DNA of 63,740 nt, filler included, from Phoronis australis (GCA_002633005.1; 13 parts of 13 records of this genome joined end to end with filler, not necessarily neighbours in it), one strand, 5' to 3'. Counted from the whole stretch's first letter, positions 37,454-50,888 are shown. Program-made: numbers and translations. Notes: generated from the letters alone by a model not told the origin.

Positions 37454-39318
37454 AGGAGAATGCCACCCCCAAAACAAACTAGTTCGTATCAATTTAGATA
37501 AAGTAGTTCCACTCGATATCAGCAAGTACAGCTCTTTTACCCGACATCTGACGGCAGGTGGAGGTGTTGAAATTTACCAATGACGTCAAAGGTTCGAATG
37601 TAGTCTGTTCAGCAGTTCATAAAACGCGGCTTACTGGTGTCAGCTAATCGCTTGAATTCATCGTTTTACTCAGATAAATCATCAAATTTCGATATAAAAC
37701 CCTTACAAATACATCGAGTTATTTAAAAAAAACGTGTTATTTCATTTCGCTGCTACGGATTTTTAGGTATTTGAACGTACCGTAAGTTCGGTAGGCCAAT
37801 TTACCAAGGTCGGTCGCGGAAGTATGGGGTCTGTTTGGTGATAAATTCAAATTATTCGTCCTAAAAATACAGACAGGAGATCATAGCTCTGTGTCGTAAT
37901 GTTAGACTTGCGATTTTTTTCAGTTCTAAACAAAGAAAACGCTTGTTATCCCGCCCAGTGTCTCGGAACATGAGGCCCATCGCGGCCGACTGAAGACATA
38001 ACGAACAGAACCGTCACGGAAAAAGTTGTACAATAACAATGATTCGAATAATGTATGAATATCTCTATAAAGATTCCAATAACATCTGACCATAGGATAT
38101 AAATCGAGTTATTGTTTCACAACAGCTCTCGGTCAGCAAACACTGAATTATGCGCTCACACGGCCTCGGTGCCCGATCAGTTAGTTTATTGCGTCTAAAG
38201 CCGGAACGCAGTGATTTATTCATTGCTGGCTTCTCAAAACATTTGCACTCACCAACACTCCAAGGCATTATAAATTGTATCTAATGAGACAGACTTTGAC
38301 AATTTGTTTCAGTTTTATATAAGCCTTCGGTTGATTTGGGTGAGAAGAATTCATTATGAAACAGAACGCACAATATAATAAAACGTTAACGTGACACCTC
38401 GAAATCGATCTCGACTTAGACGAGAGCTCATCCGACGAAGACTTCACATTTCGATCGTTAGATTTCACAGTATATCAGTTCGAACCCGAATACACTGATC
38501 AAGAAATAATAGAGAATTGAGAGGCTCCGTAAACGTTCACAGACAACGGAACACATGGCTAGTTCCGAAAACAGTTTGAATGACTTGTCATGGTGTCAGT
38601 GAGCTAATAAGTGCACGATTATGGAAACGACTGACGCTTGCGTTTGCTGCCACGAAATTCCGCAAGTGAAACGCCTTCTTGGAGAAGCGTAGATGTGTCT
38701 CACGAACCATCCTGGTTTTGCACCACATCTCAAACAAAGGTGTGCGGTAGGTCTGAGAAAAAGAACTGGCGAAAACATCACCCTACACCAAAAGGACCAA
38801 ACAGAAGCCTCACGAGCGAGTCAGTCATCACACAGGTTATATAAAAACTTTATGTTCTCACGCTTTGACTTACTTGTAATTGTTTATGTTTTCATGGCCA
38901 ACTACAATTCTCCATAATCAAAAACTGATTTTAACTGATGTTAAAACAACCGATCCGACGAAATGCAGGCCACTTACAGACACGGAGAAGTTTCGCGGCC
39001 TCATACTTGGTATTACTGAACGACGTACTTTTCATTCTTCACTACCACGAGCCACTTCCGAAGCTTCGTGTACTCTCGAGTAAATCGAAAAAACAATATA
39101 CTCGCTTCCCTTGCAACTTCATAGTTCGCACCAGCGGGAACGATACACTACACCATAGCGGCACTCTGTAGAAGAACCACTGACGACGCTACGTCGTTTC
39201 TCACTGCATGGTTAACACGACACCTCTCGGCGAGGAAAGATCTACCGCATACGAGGCGATGTGGATAAAGACCGATTAAGACGGTAAAAAGACTAATTAA
39301 ATCGGGTGACATTCTCCT
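37454..39318 (+). mobile_element. Second Kolobok-type family, short TIRs, with a degenerate P2X7-ballast-like (KolX-type) ORF
   Basis: TTAA|AGGAGAATGCCACCC...GGGTGACATTCTCCT|TTAA (15-bp TIR, 1 mismatch). 38419-38722 reads VYQFEPEYTDQE...DLSWCQ*ANKCTIMETTDACVCCHEIP...CLTNHPGF. Confidence 0.8.
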
Positions 39319-40445
39319 TTAAAGTCTACCGTAGAGAGTTTGACCGAGGCAGATTTCACAGGATTTTGGGTTCTTGAAACATGTTTGCAGTATCACCACC
39401 ACTTCGAGGCAGTAAACTCGCAAATGTAATTGATCGGTCTTACTCACTAACTCTTAATATGGCAGTGCGCGATAAGCCTTTCACCGCGAAAACTCTAGAC
39501 AGCTGATAGCAAGTACGCGTAATTAATCGCATAATTCAGTGCGTTAGCGGCGATTGTCGGGTCCCGCCACTCCGCCGTCACACATGACGGTTTCAATGAA
39601 GGGGGGGAGGGAGGGGGTAACAGGAACGGCACACAAACAAGTGTAACGTGCGGCGCGACCCTGTTAGTTGCTTATTCAAAACAGGTTTCTCAGATGCAAT
39701 CAAAATGGACTCAAATATTTTCAATCGCAGCACATCGTGCTCTACGTACGTGTTTTCCACAATTTCTTGACGTCGGGTGATTTACATTAGTGACATTGCA
39801 GAAAATGTTTTTGGATGGAACTATTTTGAAGATGCATCGATAACCAACGGAAAAAAACTGCAAATCGTTTGACCAATGTAGCATTGCTTGACCTTTGAAC
39901 GAAGATATTCGTTCATAGGGTGAAGGTGAAAGTGTGTATAAATTGTGGTTAAAATAAAATTGAGATTATTGTTCACAAGGCTCATGAAATGACCGCTGAC
40001 GTTAATGATAATTAAAAAGAGCGGATTAAGCCATTTTGACTTTGAAAACTATTGTATTCATGTTGTTTATCGCTAATTGGTTTAAAAATCTAAAAAGGGT
40101 TCCTGGCGTCAAGTAGTATCGTTCGAAAGAGAAAAAACATACATTCAAATGCAAAACTATACAATTAGACATTAAAAAGTTATGAAAATATTGACAACCC
40201 AACATCGATTTCGAACATTTTGAGAGCTTTGGATGATGATCTGTGAGCCTGTTTTCTCCAGCCTCTCACCATTAAGTCCGCCCCACTCCTGTCCCTCAAT
40301 ACCATTGACTAGTCTGATATGACCAACGGCCACTCCTTAAACCATGCGAGGAAGTGCAGAGTTTCAAGACTGTTAAAAGAATGGAAGATTTTACTTTTCA
40401 TGACCATCTTTATAAAGAAAGACTACCGTATATGCGCACATTTAG

Positions 40446-41274
40446 CAGTGGCGGATCTAGGATATCACAAGGGGGGGCAACATTTTGTCCGGCTGTAAGC
40501 ATTTGCTTAAACTGAACCACGATTGTAGATGCGCATAGCACCGAATGGGGGGAGGTCGGGAGGGTTTTTTTCTGTTTTTACCTCTAAAAATCAAGCATTT
40601 TCCTGGATTCCTGAAGTATTATCCAAGAAAAAAAGGCAAAAAAAACACGGAGAACGTGTCAAACAGGAAAAACTGCAAGTACAAAAGACTCGAACTCACG
40701 ACCTGGCGCATAGCGTTACCACTACACCACCACGATTTAACTACTAATCTCATACTAAGAGACCTACTTGTTTATGGTCCACAGCGTTTGCGCGCGAAAC
40801 CTACTTCTTTTTGTAATGCTTATTACACGTTTTGTGCCATCGATTCTTAACAAATTTGTCGCATTTAAAATAGTCTTCAAAGGCCCAAAAGACCAAATCC
40901 GTTTTTCGTGTTGGCAATAATGACGGAATTGCTTTGGAAATCGTCTTAAGATACATGTAAGGTTTGACAAAGAGAGTATTGCGAGTTTCTGAGTGATTCA
41001 CAGAGGCTTCGAATAAAATTCACATCTTACCAGCAGCTTCTGTTTTTTCATCGTCACTCAGGTTCCATTTTCTCTAAAATGAAGTAAATTTTCTTCGTTG
41101 CACAGTGGAGCAGACGACGGAAACGGAGTCATAGAGCGCCACTGCAGGTCGCCTGGGATAACGCGGGAGAGCCTATACTTAGCCATAGTTCCGTTACAAA
41201 TGCGCCGTGTTCCAAATTTGACACTTGAAATTGGATTTGAGCCCCCGNCCCCCCCCCCCCTAAATCCGCCTATG
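40446..41274. mobile_element. hAT5-like MITE with 5-bp TSD TTTAG
   Basis: TTTAG|CAGTGGCGGATCTAGG...CCTAAATCCGCCTATG|TTTAG. Confidence 0.8.
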
Positions 41275-42648
41275 TTTAGACAATACAAGCGAAACAACCA
41301 AGGCCCAGGTTTTAATCTAAAAACTTAAAATCGAAATTGCTTAAACATTTTCCATTCTACCCTTACGCAATTTGCGTTCACAAGGTAGGTACTTAATATG
41401 GTTCACACATGTGAGTGTCAAAGTTAGTACTTAATGATCCATAGACATAATTAAGCTATGAACGTCAAAGTAATTAAATTTCTAAATTTCGAATGAAAAC
41501 TCGAAGTTGGGGTCAAAGTGCAAACTAAGGTTAGACAGTCATTCAGGTAAACCATACGGTACATGCGCGCACCCAGATAAAATATAGGGGGGCTCGAATG
41601 TTTCGGTATGTGCACCTTTTACTAAAAAAAGAAAACGGAAACTAAAAAGTAAACGGGGTACTAAATTCAGACCTACGAACTGTGCATTCGCGCCGAATCC
41701 CTGTGGACTTTTGTCTCGTTTGCTGGGACTTTTTGTTTCTCTGAGGCGGACCTTTTTGCCCTTTNNNNNNNNNNNNNNNNNNNNNNNNNNNNNNNNNNNN
41801 NNNNNNNNTTAATTAATTAANNNNNNNNNNNNNNNNNNNNNNNNNNNNNNNNNNNNNNNNNNNNAGACCTAAAATATAAGTAAATTAAAACAGTTATATC
41901 TTAAAAAACGCAAGTGCAAAAAATGCCAGCATTGAAACTGTCAGTTACACCTAACTTTGTATTGTGTAAAACATCTTGAAAGGTACAACAGAATACCGAT
42001 ATTTTTCAGTAGTTTTAGAGGCTCTAAAAAGACCCAACTTAAATAATGGAAGACTTTATACACAACAGTGGTGTTAATAAATAAAGGTTCACACTTCTAA
42101 CAATAGACTGAGAGGAGACAGCAGTTCCCCAGCAAGGGAGTGTCTGTGGGTTAATGTTCCACTTTACTATTCAAATGCATACAGAATACAGGAAAAACTG
42201 TTGTCAGCAGCTACTGCAATTCAAGTCATTTACATAGAAAATATCTTAGACATAAACACAAGTGACTTTTCAACATTACAGGTGGTCTGGTAAGCATTGC
42301 ACTAGACATGTGCAGGCTGCGCATGTGGGCCCACTGGATTGATCATGTGGACCCATTCTGATGCTTTACTAACATATAGTTAAAGGCAAAGGCAACCTTT
42401 TTCCATGTCATTTTGAGCTAAAATAAGGTTGGTTGGTTATCCTAGACATATTTTCCACTTAATTACAGCTTTTCGTAATTTTATTAATTACTCGTCCGCT
42501 ACTCCGGAAGTGATGTTTTAGGAGGCAAGCATTTCGCGCCAATTTCTTTTCATATAGTCTGACTGTGGTAGCTGCAGAGTCAGTCATTGTTCTACTTCGG
42601 TTGTGTTAAGTTCCATCGTCAGTTGCTTTCATTTACTAGTCAGTCAAC

Positions 42649-43386
42649 ATGCCACACTGTTGCTGCGTACCGGGATGTACTAATTATCGGCTCACGCGCG
42701 CTTTGGGAGTACCTTTGCATCGCTTTCCGATGGATGACACACTTCGCCATACTTGGCTCGTTCGTGTGAAGAACGCAGCGTTACCCATCCACCCAACGTA
42801 CAAAGCAGTGGAAAATTACCGTGTGTGTGGCAAGCACTTTCTGCCGTCCGATTACGAAAGAGATTTGTACGCTGAACTGATGAAGGTCCCTGCGAAACAA
42901 CGCCTGAAGAAAGATGCCATTCCGTCTGTGTTGATTCCCGGCAGTACCCCGTCGTCACCCCCGAGAAGTGCGTTTTTGAAGTGAGCTGTGGCCAGTACAG
43001 TGACTGGAGCCAGTGGAGGCACTTCATCTACTGTCACCCGTGCCTCCGAATGTACCCCAGAGCGTGCAATTCCTGGAACCAGTAGTGATTCACCCTGTGC
43101 TGTTTTCTCCAGCCCAGAGCCTCTAAGCAGCCCTCCTGCAGTGATATTGAGTAGTGTGAGTGAGTACAGGCCCAGTTCGACACCCAGTGAAGAGGACAGT
43201 TCGTCGTCCAGTGAACAGATCGGTGAGCCAAACTTTGATAAGTTTATTGTGGACTTGTCTAAAGTGTTGGAGCTATTTAGAAGGTGCCAGGTATGTGGCG
43301 AGGGAGTCACACGACACGATGTAAGCAGTTTGGGTGCTCAGGTCACCATCCCGTGGGAGTGTGTCGCGGGACACTCTGGCAAGTGA
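42649..43386 (+). pseudogene. Kolobok transposase N-terminus: complete THAP domain (42649-42984) plus Ser/Pro linker and CxxC...CxxGH finger; DDE core deleted
   Basis: MPHCCCVPGC...LHRFP...W...RVCGKHF...RLKKDAIPSV is a full C2CH THAP with AVPTIF-like box. After an in-frame TGA the frame continues to CQVCG...LGAQVTIPWECVAGHSGK* and DSCSSVRGMPEVHL. Confidence 0.85.
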
Positions 43387-43424
43387 GACAGTTGTTCCTC
43401 TGTCCGTGGTATGCCGGAGGTCCA

Positions 43425-43721
43425 CTTAACCATGTCCAGTAGTGGCTTGGCCTCGTCGAACTCTGAACAGCACAAGCATTCCATTGTGGTAGGCATAACA
43501 ACGCACACAGTGCATTTGCACCAAGATGTGTCACCACGTCTGTCCTCGTTTCTCTCAACAGCTGCCTGTGCCTGTGCGTACTCTGCCTTGTTATACTCGG
43601 GCTCAAACATGTACCCACCCACTGAATGTCCGTGAAAAAATTCCTCGTCACCACTGCTGTGAACAAGGTCTCCGTCACTCACACTACTGTTTCTGTGATA
43701 CGGGTCACCGACTCCAGCCAT
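43425..43721 (-). pseudogene. N-terminal part of a KolX-type accessory protein resembling the P2X7 C-terminal Cys-rich ballast domain
   Basis: MAGVGDPY...GYMFEPEY...RRGDTSWCKCTVCVVMPTTMECLCCSEFDE has the Y-x-FEP, WCxCxxC and ECxCCxE motifs. Truncated at the internal deletion. Confidence 0.75.
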
Positions 43722-46082
43722 TTTCAGCTTACAACACACTAAACAATCCCTAAATCCAACGCAGTTGAGTTCTCTACTAACCTATCTTGCCGCAGAATAC
43801 TCACCGATGGAAAGTGGTGGCGACAATTGTTGAAAAACAGCACAAAACAAAAGTAGAATAGAACAGATTCGCACGGTAAANNNNNNNNNNNNNNNNNNNN
43901 NNNGAAGCGCTTGCCTCCTAAAACGTCACTTCCGGAAAAGCGGACGAGTAATTAATAAAATTACGAAAAGCTGTAATTAAGTGAAAAATATGTCTAGGAT
44001 AACCAACCAACCTTATTTTAGCTCAAAATGACATGGAAAAAGGTTGCCTTCGCCTTTAAATTACAGATCTGACCAGTCTAAGAGCTTCCAGTGTTGCACT
44101 CTCAATTAATGGCACTTCAAACTACTGAGCCAGGAGGGATCTTGCTAAATGTTAGGTCACTTTTCCACATAACCTTGATGTTCCTGGACTCTGGAGCCCT
44201 GTGGTACCCACCAATTGGTGTGAAAATTCTGTTATTCATGGTTGAAGTGACTAGAACAGAAGCAGTAGGGTCACAAGCAGTTATTGTGTATTACTAATAA
44301 TTCACTTAAATCAAGGTTGTTCACTGGCCTATTCAGCTGCTATTATTTGATATAAATGTTAGTTGCAGCTGTACTTGGCCTCTGGCTGTCAGTAACATTG
44401 TTGCTTCCACAATGCAGTATTTGACTTTCAATTTTCATCCTATTCAAATCTAACCAACATGTGTTCTCTTTCATTTGCCTTGTTGAGCTCAAGGGCATTA
44501 TTATAATTGCCAACAGTTGTATAATGTACAACATTGTGTGATTGTCATGCTATAAACATTCCCACTAAATAAGATTGGTCCTAACCCCAATGGTCAAGGT
44601 AAACGGTGGGGTTTGGAAAATTGAACTAGACTGTATTTATCCACCTTGGCTGAGTCGCGCTCGGCTCATGATCAAAGGGATGCCGCCAAGCTGCTCTATT
44701 CGTCGAGTCACAAGCGAGGATAATTGGCTTCGCTCATGCGGATATGATCAGCTGATTACAATCTAGCTAGCAGACTGTACTTTTTATGGAGAGAGTTTTA
44801 CGTAGTTTTTACTGTAATATTTGAAAAGAGGAGCGAAAACAAATATCAGTAAAACTTTGAATTTTTCAAATTGGTCCAGGATAAGAGATTTTGCAACACA
44901 GCAACACTCACGATTACTTTCATTCGGCGCGCATGAATACAAAAATATAGGACCCAAGTTATTTAGATTTTGGAACACATGCATTGCAATATATATGTTT
45001 ATTATGAATCTTACAAGCTGTAAAACGACGTTGTTTAATTTCATTGTGCTCATTCATTGTCATCCGTCAAATCGTCAATTTCCGAGATGTGATCTGCGGC
45101 GTGCGCGTATGTACAAAACACGTGATTGTTATGTTCCTGAAGTACGAAAATTAAGAAACTTTAGCATGCCGTTATTATTGACAAGGACACGATAAAACGA
45201 ATTTGGATTTTGACTATAGTCTTGATACAGCGAGCTGGCTGACCACTGCGTCAGTGTCTCTGTTAGACCCAGAAATTTCACACAGCCCGGGTAGTTCACC
45301 TCGTCCCTAACATGTAGATCGAGCCTTGGACTATTAATACTCCACGGTAGAGTTAAAGACCGTCGGCCTGTGCACACAAAATCTGTGATTTAACCAGCAC
45401 TCAACTTGCACATTGCAGTCGTTTAAGTGAAAAACAATCTAGTAAACGCCATTTTCTTGCATAATCCTCCGCCTTTTGTAACAAAAAAAGTCTGTCGTCG
45501 ATTACCCGCACACGCACACTCACTCGCTCTCATACGCAGACGAACTTCAAAACAAACGTCACGTGACAACAACATGTGTGTTCATCCAGAGATTTTTCTC
45601 GTGTTGTGGGGTACAATTGTATTGGACTGGATTCATGACATGTACTTCTGTTGGCCTCGTTATGTGATTGTGTTGGTCTGAGTTCATGATATGTACTTCT
45701 GTTGGCCTTTTCATACCAACTTAATCTAGTAGAAGAGGATCTTCCACCAAAAACGCAAAGTTAGTTCAGCCAAAAGTTAGCTGACTGGCTTTAATAGGTA
45801 GCAGATGCCAAATTTATGACTGGTAGATGCGTACATTGGTAGATGTGTACATCATTGCTGCAAAATCCGCAGGCTTGATTTTTGAATGTTGAAGTATTCT
45901 ATATACGGTTAGATAATTAATGATAGGAGGTGCTTTCTTGTTCAAGTTATACCTGAACACATATCGTTATTGACAGTAACATCTGCCAATAACTCTTATG
46001 ACATGTTGGTTTAAGTGTTTATGTCCCATGAAAGCATCAATAATGTGCTGTTAAGGCTGCTTATTTACTTCAAAGTTCACTT

Positions 46083-46227
46083 GTGATGTGTCGATGGTGG
46101 TATGAACAGTGATGTGTCGATGGTGGTATGAACAGTGATGTGTCGATGGTGATATGAACAGTGATGTGTCGATGGTGGTATGAACAGTGATGTGCCGATA
46201 TGGTGTTATGGACAGTGATGTGCCGGT
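46083..46227. repeat. 26-bp minisatellite, about 5.5 copies, running into a gap
   Basis: Unit GTGATGTGTCGATGGTGGTATGAACA, contiguous with no spacers. Confidence 0.9.
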
Positions 46228-46919
46228 NNNNNNNNNNNNNNNNNNNNNNNNNNNNNNNNNNNNNNNNNNNNTTAATTAATTAANNNNNNNNNNNNNNNNN
46301 NNNNNNNNNNNNNNNNNNNNNNNNNNNGTCCAAAGTCTGAAAACTGCCAGCAGGTAGAAATTCAACTCACGACCATCGAGTGACAAACAGGGTCTATCTA
46401 ACCTGACCACAATAACATTACACTCTTTTTCAGTCACAGCATTGATAGGCCTAGGGCTAGGGCTAGCCTTGGTACAAATCTGTATACTAAATATACTACC
46501 CTGGCTGCGTGAATTTCGGGCTCTATTGAAGAAAAACACTGAGGTACCTAGCTGTATTTTGATACCGTTAGCAGCGTTAGCTGGCTGGCTATAGCCTAGG
46601 CCTAGGGTACCACTGCAGACTCGACTCGATCACAACGATTACTATCGAATTCAGTACGTAATTTTCCCACAGGTAATGGTTTCATCTAATCCTAAGAGTA
46701 ATAGTTAGACTGTTCAGCTCATACAGGGAGCAATATCGTCATCAAAATGTTCAAGAAACGAATAAATTACCTGGTTAAGGCGAACTTGTCTTCTTCGAAG
46801 CAGTACCGGAAACAGCTGACTAGTTGCCGAAAGGTCAAACCGCACAGCATTATGGGCAACATTCGTTTGTTTTGATCACGCAGATTTTAAGAAAATAAAA
46901 AATAAAAGAAAAAATATGT

Positions 46920-47285
46920 ACAGACAACAGATTGACCCCATACTTACGAAAAGTTCTAATTAAGTGTCAGAGAGTATGTTTCAATGGTTTTTATGCAGAT
47001 TCACGATGTTTTTAAAACGTCTACAAACGGATCATATGACTTTAACTGAACATGGGCGCTTATTACGACAGGCAACCGCCCTGGGCGGTTAATCTTACCT
47101 TATGATCTGAGTCACCAATATGTTTCAATGGTTTTTATGCAGATTCACGATGTTTTTAAAACGTCTACAAACGGATCATATGACTTTAAGGCGTTTTGGA
47201 GATAAAGCAGCGGACGCCGGACTCCGGACGGACGGAGATGACGGCATAATGCGTCCAGATATAAATATGTGGGCGCATAAAAATT
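46920..47285 (-). mobile_element. Helentron/DINE-1-like fragment with ~144-bp internal periodicity
   Basis: Minus strand starts TTTTTATGCGCCCACATATTTATATCTGGACGCAT followed by a (GTCC)n-like run. A ~70-bp block repeats at 46975 and 47119. Confidence 0.55.
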
Positions 47286-48289
47286 GAGAATAAAAACGAA
47301 CTTGCTGATCATTATTAAACTTGTTTCCCGTTTTACCCCAGATTTCTGTTTTTTGATAGCAGCTCAGTGTTTTCTATTTAAGAAAGAGTTGGCGCGAACT
47401 GCCGGACATGTATTAGGACTCTCCAGCAAAGTTGGTTTTAAGGCATGAAAACTTGAGGTCAAAAGCATTTCTTGCGTAATCTTGACATACACATTCGGTT
47501 TGATTTTTTTCGCCATCATGATTGAATTGACGGCTTGTTCATTTCGCTCGTTTCGCTGCACCGTTCTATGAACTTATAAATGTGTTGCTCTTAATGTGCA
47601 TATCGTGCTAGTGAACATCTTATTTAGTCAAACAGCGTAGATTTATACGACTTGTATATTTTTATATTCCGATCAATTTCTTAGGGTCCGAGAATGACTT
47701 CGCAGTTAAAATACATCACTAGCGATACATGCATTTTGCCAAAATGCACCAGTTCTAACCTTGGCGATACTTTGAATATTGTAGTAACAAATGACTGCAT
47801 TGTGAATAAAGAAAACGCGTGAAAACGAGTCATGTACATTGTAACTCAGTAGGTATCNNNNNNNNNNNNNNNNNNNNNNNNNNNNNNNNNNNNNNNNNNN
47901 NTTAATTAATTAANNNNNNNNNNNNNNNNNNNNNNNNNNNNNNNNNNNNNNNNNNNNGCTGATTCCTTTCTTCAAGCTTCGCACTTGACTCGAAAATGAC
48001 ATGCACATCTCTGGCAAAGCTTCAGGAAGAACCCTTTCTTATTGTGGGAAATGAAGGTGAAGTTTTCGACCAACATCTTTCTCCGGCTGGAAAAGTGATA
48101 ACCAAACAAGAAGTCCAAAATTTGATTTCTGAAATGTGATTTTACTGATCTTGATGTTCGTCCTTGCTCATAGCGAAGGCAACTTGCCACTGTACATTGA
48201 TGTCCTTGAATTTCTTGTGCTCTATTTCCTTGCTCTTGACCTTCAAAATTATGCAAGATGGGTCCCTTTCCACATCCAAGACATGACAG

Positions 48290-50888
48290 CTATGTCAGCT
48301 AACGTATGACAACATCTGAAGAAACACTGGGTGTTTTCAAAGACACAGTAAAGATTCTGTGCTATTGCAATTGACCAAGCGGATCAACAAAATAATGCCT
48401 TAGTCAAAGACAGTGATGGGGCTATTGGATTAACTGAAAATCCAAACGCTTTGACAGAGTAGTGTTTGGGAACGAGCTAGCCTGGTTGGTGACTGAGTTT
48501 GATTGTCAATAGCGTTTTGAAGACAATAGTGAGGAGACAAGCCACCACAAAGGCAGGACATCCTTCCAGATCAACTTTAAAAACCATGTGAACAGTTTGT
48601 GTGGTATAAGATGTAATTTTAGCCAAGAGAAACCCTTTCTTTGTCCATGGTGATAAACTTATGACGATAGATACGCTACAAGTCTTCAGATTATCGAAGT
48701 GACTGGAAAACAGCAATATGACAACTATAAGCAAACAGTCCTAATTGTAAAGTCACAGCCAATAAAGGCTCCTATCAAGAAAAAACAAGTATGACGTTTT
48801 CAAAAAAGCTAGCGGGAAGGCAAAAAGAGCAACTCAGCAACGCATGGATGACATCAAGAAAGACTGCAGCTTAGTCAGCTTTTTGTAGCTAGTCAATTTT
48901 TAGAAGCTAACCTGGATGATTTTCTTATGCATGAGAATCATTCTTGGCCACCATCCCTGAACCAAAACGGCCGTCTCCGTTTACCTTCACAGAAGTCACA
49001 GTTACTTAACATGTTGGAATTTCCTCATCCAGACGTTCCTGAATCCGTCGATGTCAAAGTCTTTGATCGACCAGCTATGGTGCACAGCTTTTCTCCACAC
49101 TAATCAGTGACATTCGAACAGTTCGGTGGGCACATTCTAAACTTCACAACTGTAGTTGAGTTGACATTGTGTTTGCAGATGCTTACACCGAAGGCAGCTT
49201 GAAGGCCACCGCAAAAGCTGATAGAGGTTCGGGTGACCTTGCCTAAGTTTCACTCCAAATGAGACTGTCTGAACTTCCAGAATTTCTTGCAAAACTCGAA
49301 GAATAAAGAGGAATTGTTTGACAATCACCTGTTCTCCAGAACAAGATATATATGTTACCTACGGCCAGTCTGTTCTTTCCTCTGGTTCTGACATACCGCC
49401 GTGCGATCATGAGGAGTCGGACACCCCTATGGGCTTGTACATTGCAGACGTTTCATCAAAGGTAATCAGAGAATACTGGTTACTACAGTGGATACTGATG
49501 TTGTGGTCGTTCTTATTGGTGTTTTGATCAGTTTAAGGCTTTGCAGCCAGCAATTCTAGTACGGGTAGTGGTTAAAGCTGGAGAGAACGCGCGGGAGCTC
49601 TTTGCCAGTAGCGTGTTTGACCAGCTTGGGTACGATTTGTGTGTAGCTCTACCAGTTTCATGCCTTAACAGCGTCGGATACAACATCCCAGTTCTATGGA
49701 GAAGGAAAGAAAACAGCATGGAAGACATGGAAAGCTCACCCTGATGCTACTCAGGCATTCTCATGCCGGCAATTTTAATTCCTTTCAGCAACTCACCATC
49801 GACAGTCAGGAGTTCAAAACAAATGACATTTACATGTCTCGTTTATCATCGAAAAGCCAGAACCAGCCAGGTCAATACTTTACAAAAGGAGCTTTCCCCC
49901 AAAAGTTCAAATCATGCCAAATTTATCGCTTACCCAATCTCCACTGATAAAGAATGTTAACAAATGCTTGTATCAAGCTGACAGAGGGGTCCAGAGGGGT
50001 TTGGATGGTAGAGAGACACAGACCAACAATGGACACCAGGCTGGACAGACATGACTGAAGTCTCCAAAGCTGGTAAGCTGCTCACTAAGTGTGGTTGCAA
50101 GAGTTTACAACTATGCGGCAAGTGATGTGAATGTGATTCCTTAGCATGCACAACGCTTAGCAAATGCCAGGGAACATGTCAGTGACATCGTGGTTCGTTT
50201 TGGCGCAAAGGAACAGATGATAGTGTCACGGTTAATTGAATTATGTGAGCTACAGTGACAATTTGACATTAATCCGTTTTATTGTGTTGATATTATAAGC
50301 AATTGACAATAGGTTTATAATACGTAGACAGGAGCTAGAACAAGCATATTAACGTCATTTATCAAAGCTGGCCTCCGAGTTTTTGGTAGTCTATCAAGTG
50401 CTATGCATATATTGGTCTCTTTATCATAACATCAACCGAATTTTCATAATATTTGTACAAATTAATGATAAATCGAGTTCATTTTTGGTAAAAGAACCTA
50501 TTTGTTTTTGTATTATTAGTCTTGCACCAGATCAAAATAGATGCTTTTGTAAAAATTGTAGTTGGTTCGTTAAATTTTGGCCGCCATATTGGATTTATGC
50601 AAATGAGGGGTTTTCATATTATAAGGAAAATATATTGCAATGTCATTTTGATAGAATTCTAGTTAAGAAAGTACCATTACCTAGCCTTAAAATGTGTGAT
50701 CACCTCTTTAAGCAACCAAAGAAGTGTTACTTGGCGGCCATTTTGTTTTTCAAGGTTTGACCTTGACCTTGACCTCAAAATTTGGGCAACCGACCCCCAT
50801 GAGATTCAGCATGTCAAAAAGTATCAGTGTGCCAAATTTGGTGCTTTAATCCGAGGTGTAAACGTTTTCGGGTTAAGGGCCTGGACTA
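48290..50888 (+). mobile_element. Degenerate Academ (AcademX-type) transposon: transposase, XPG-like nuclease and Cys-rich C-terminus, with right terminus
   Basis: Across stops and frameshifts: AIAIDQADQQNNALVK..GAIGLTENPNAL, NLDDFLMHENHSWPPSL, PCDHEESDT, VDTDVVV, FHALTASDTTSQFYGEGKKTAWKTW, PEGFGW, KCGCKS..CGK*CEC..ACTTLSKCQGTC* (to about 50185). Ends ...CCAAATTTGGTGC...CTGGACTA (TAG/CTA-type end). Confidence 0.8.

Larger units (their letters stand above)
42384..44055 (+). mobile_element. Kolobok-type DNA transposon, internally deleted, ~150-bp TIRs, TTAA TSD
   Basis: TTAA|AGGCAAAGGCAACCTTTTTCCATGTCATTTTGAGCTAAAATAAGG... matches the reverse complement of 43908-44055 almost base for base, followed by TTAA. 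It encloses convergent THAP and ballast-like ORFs. Confidence 0.9.

Noticed and set aside
44627-44765. Small TAGA...TCTA inverted-repeat element
   Set aside because: The inverted match is short and imperfect, there is no TSD, and there is no second copy in the window.
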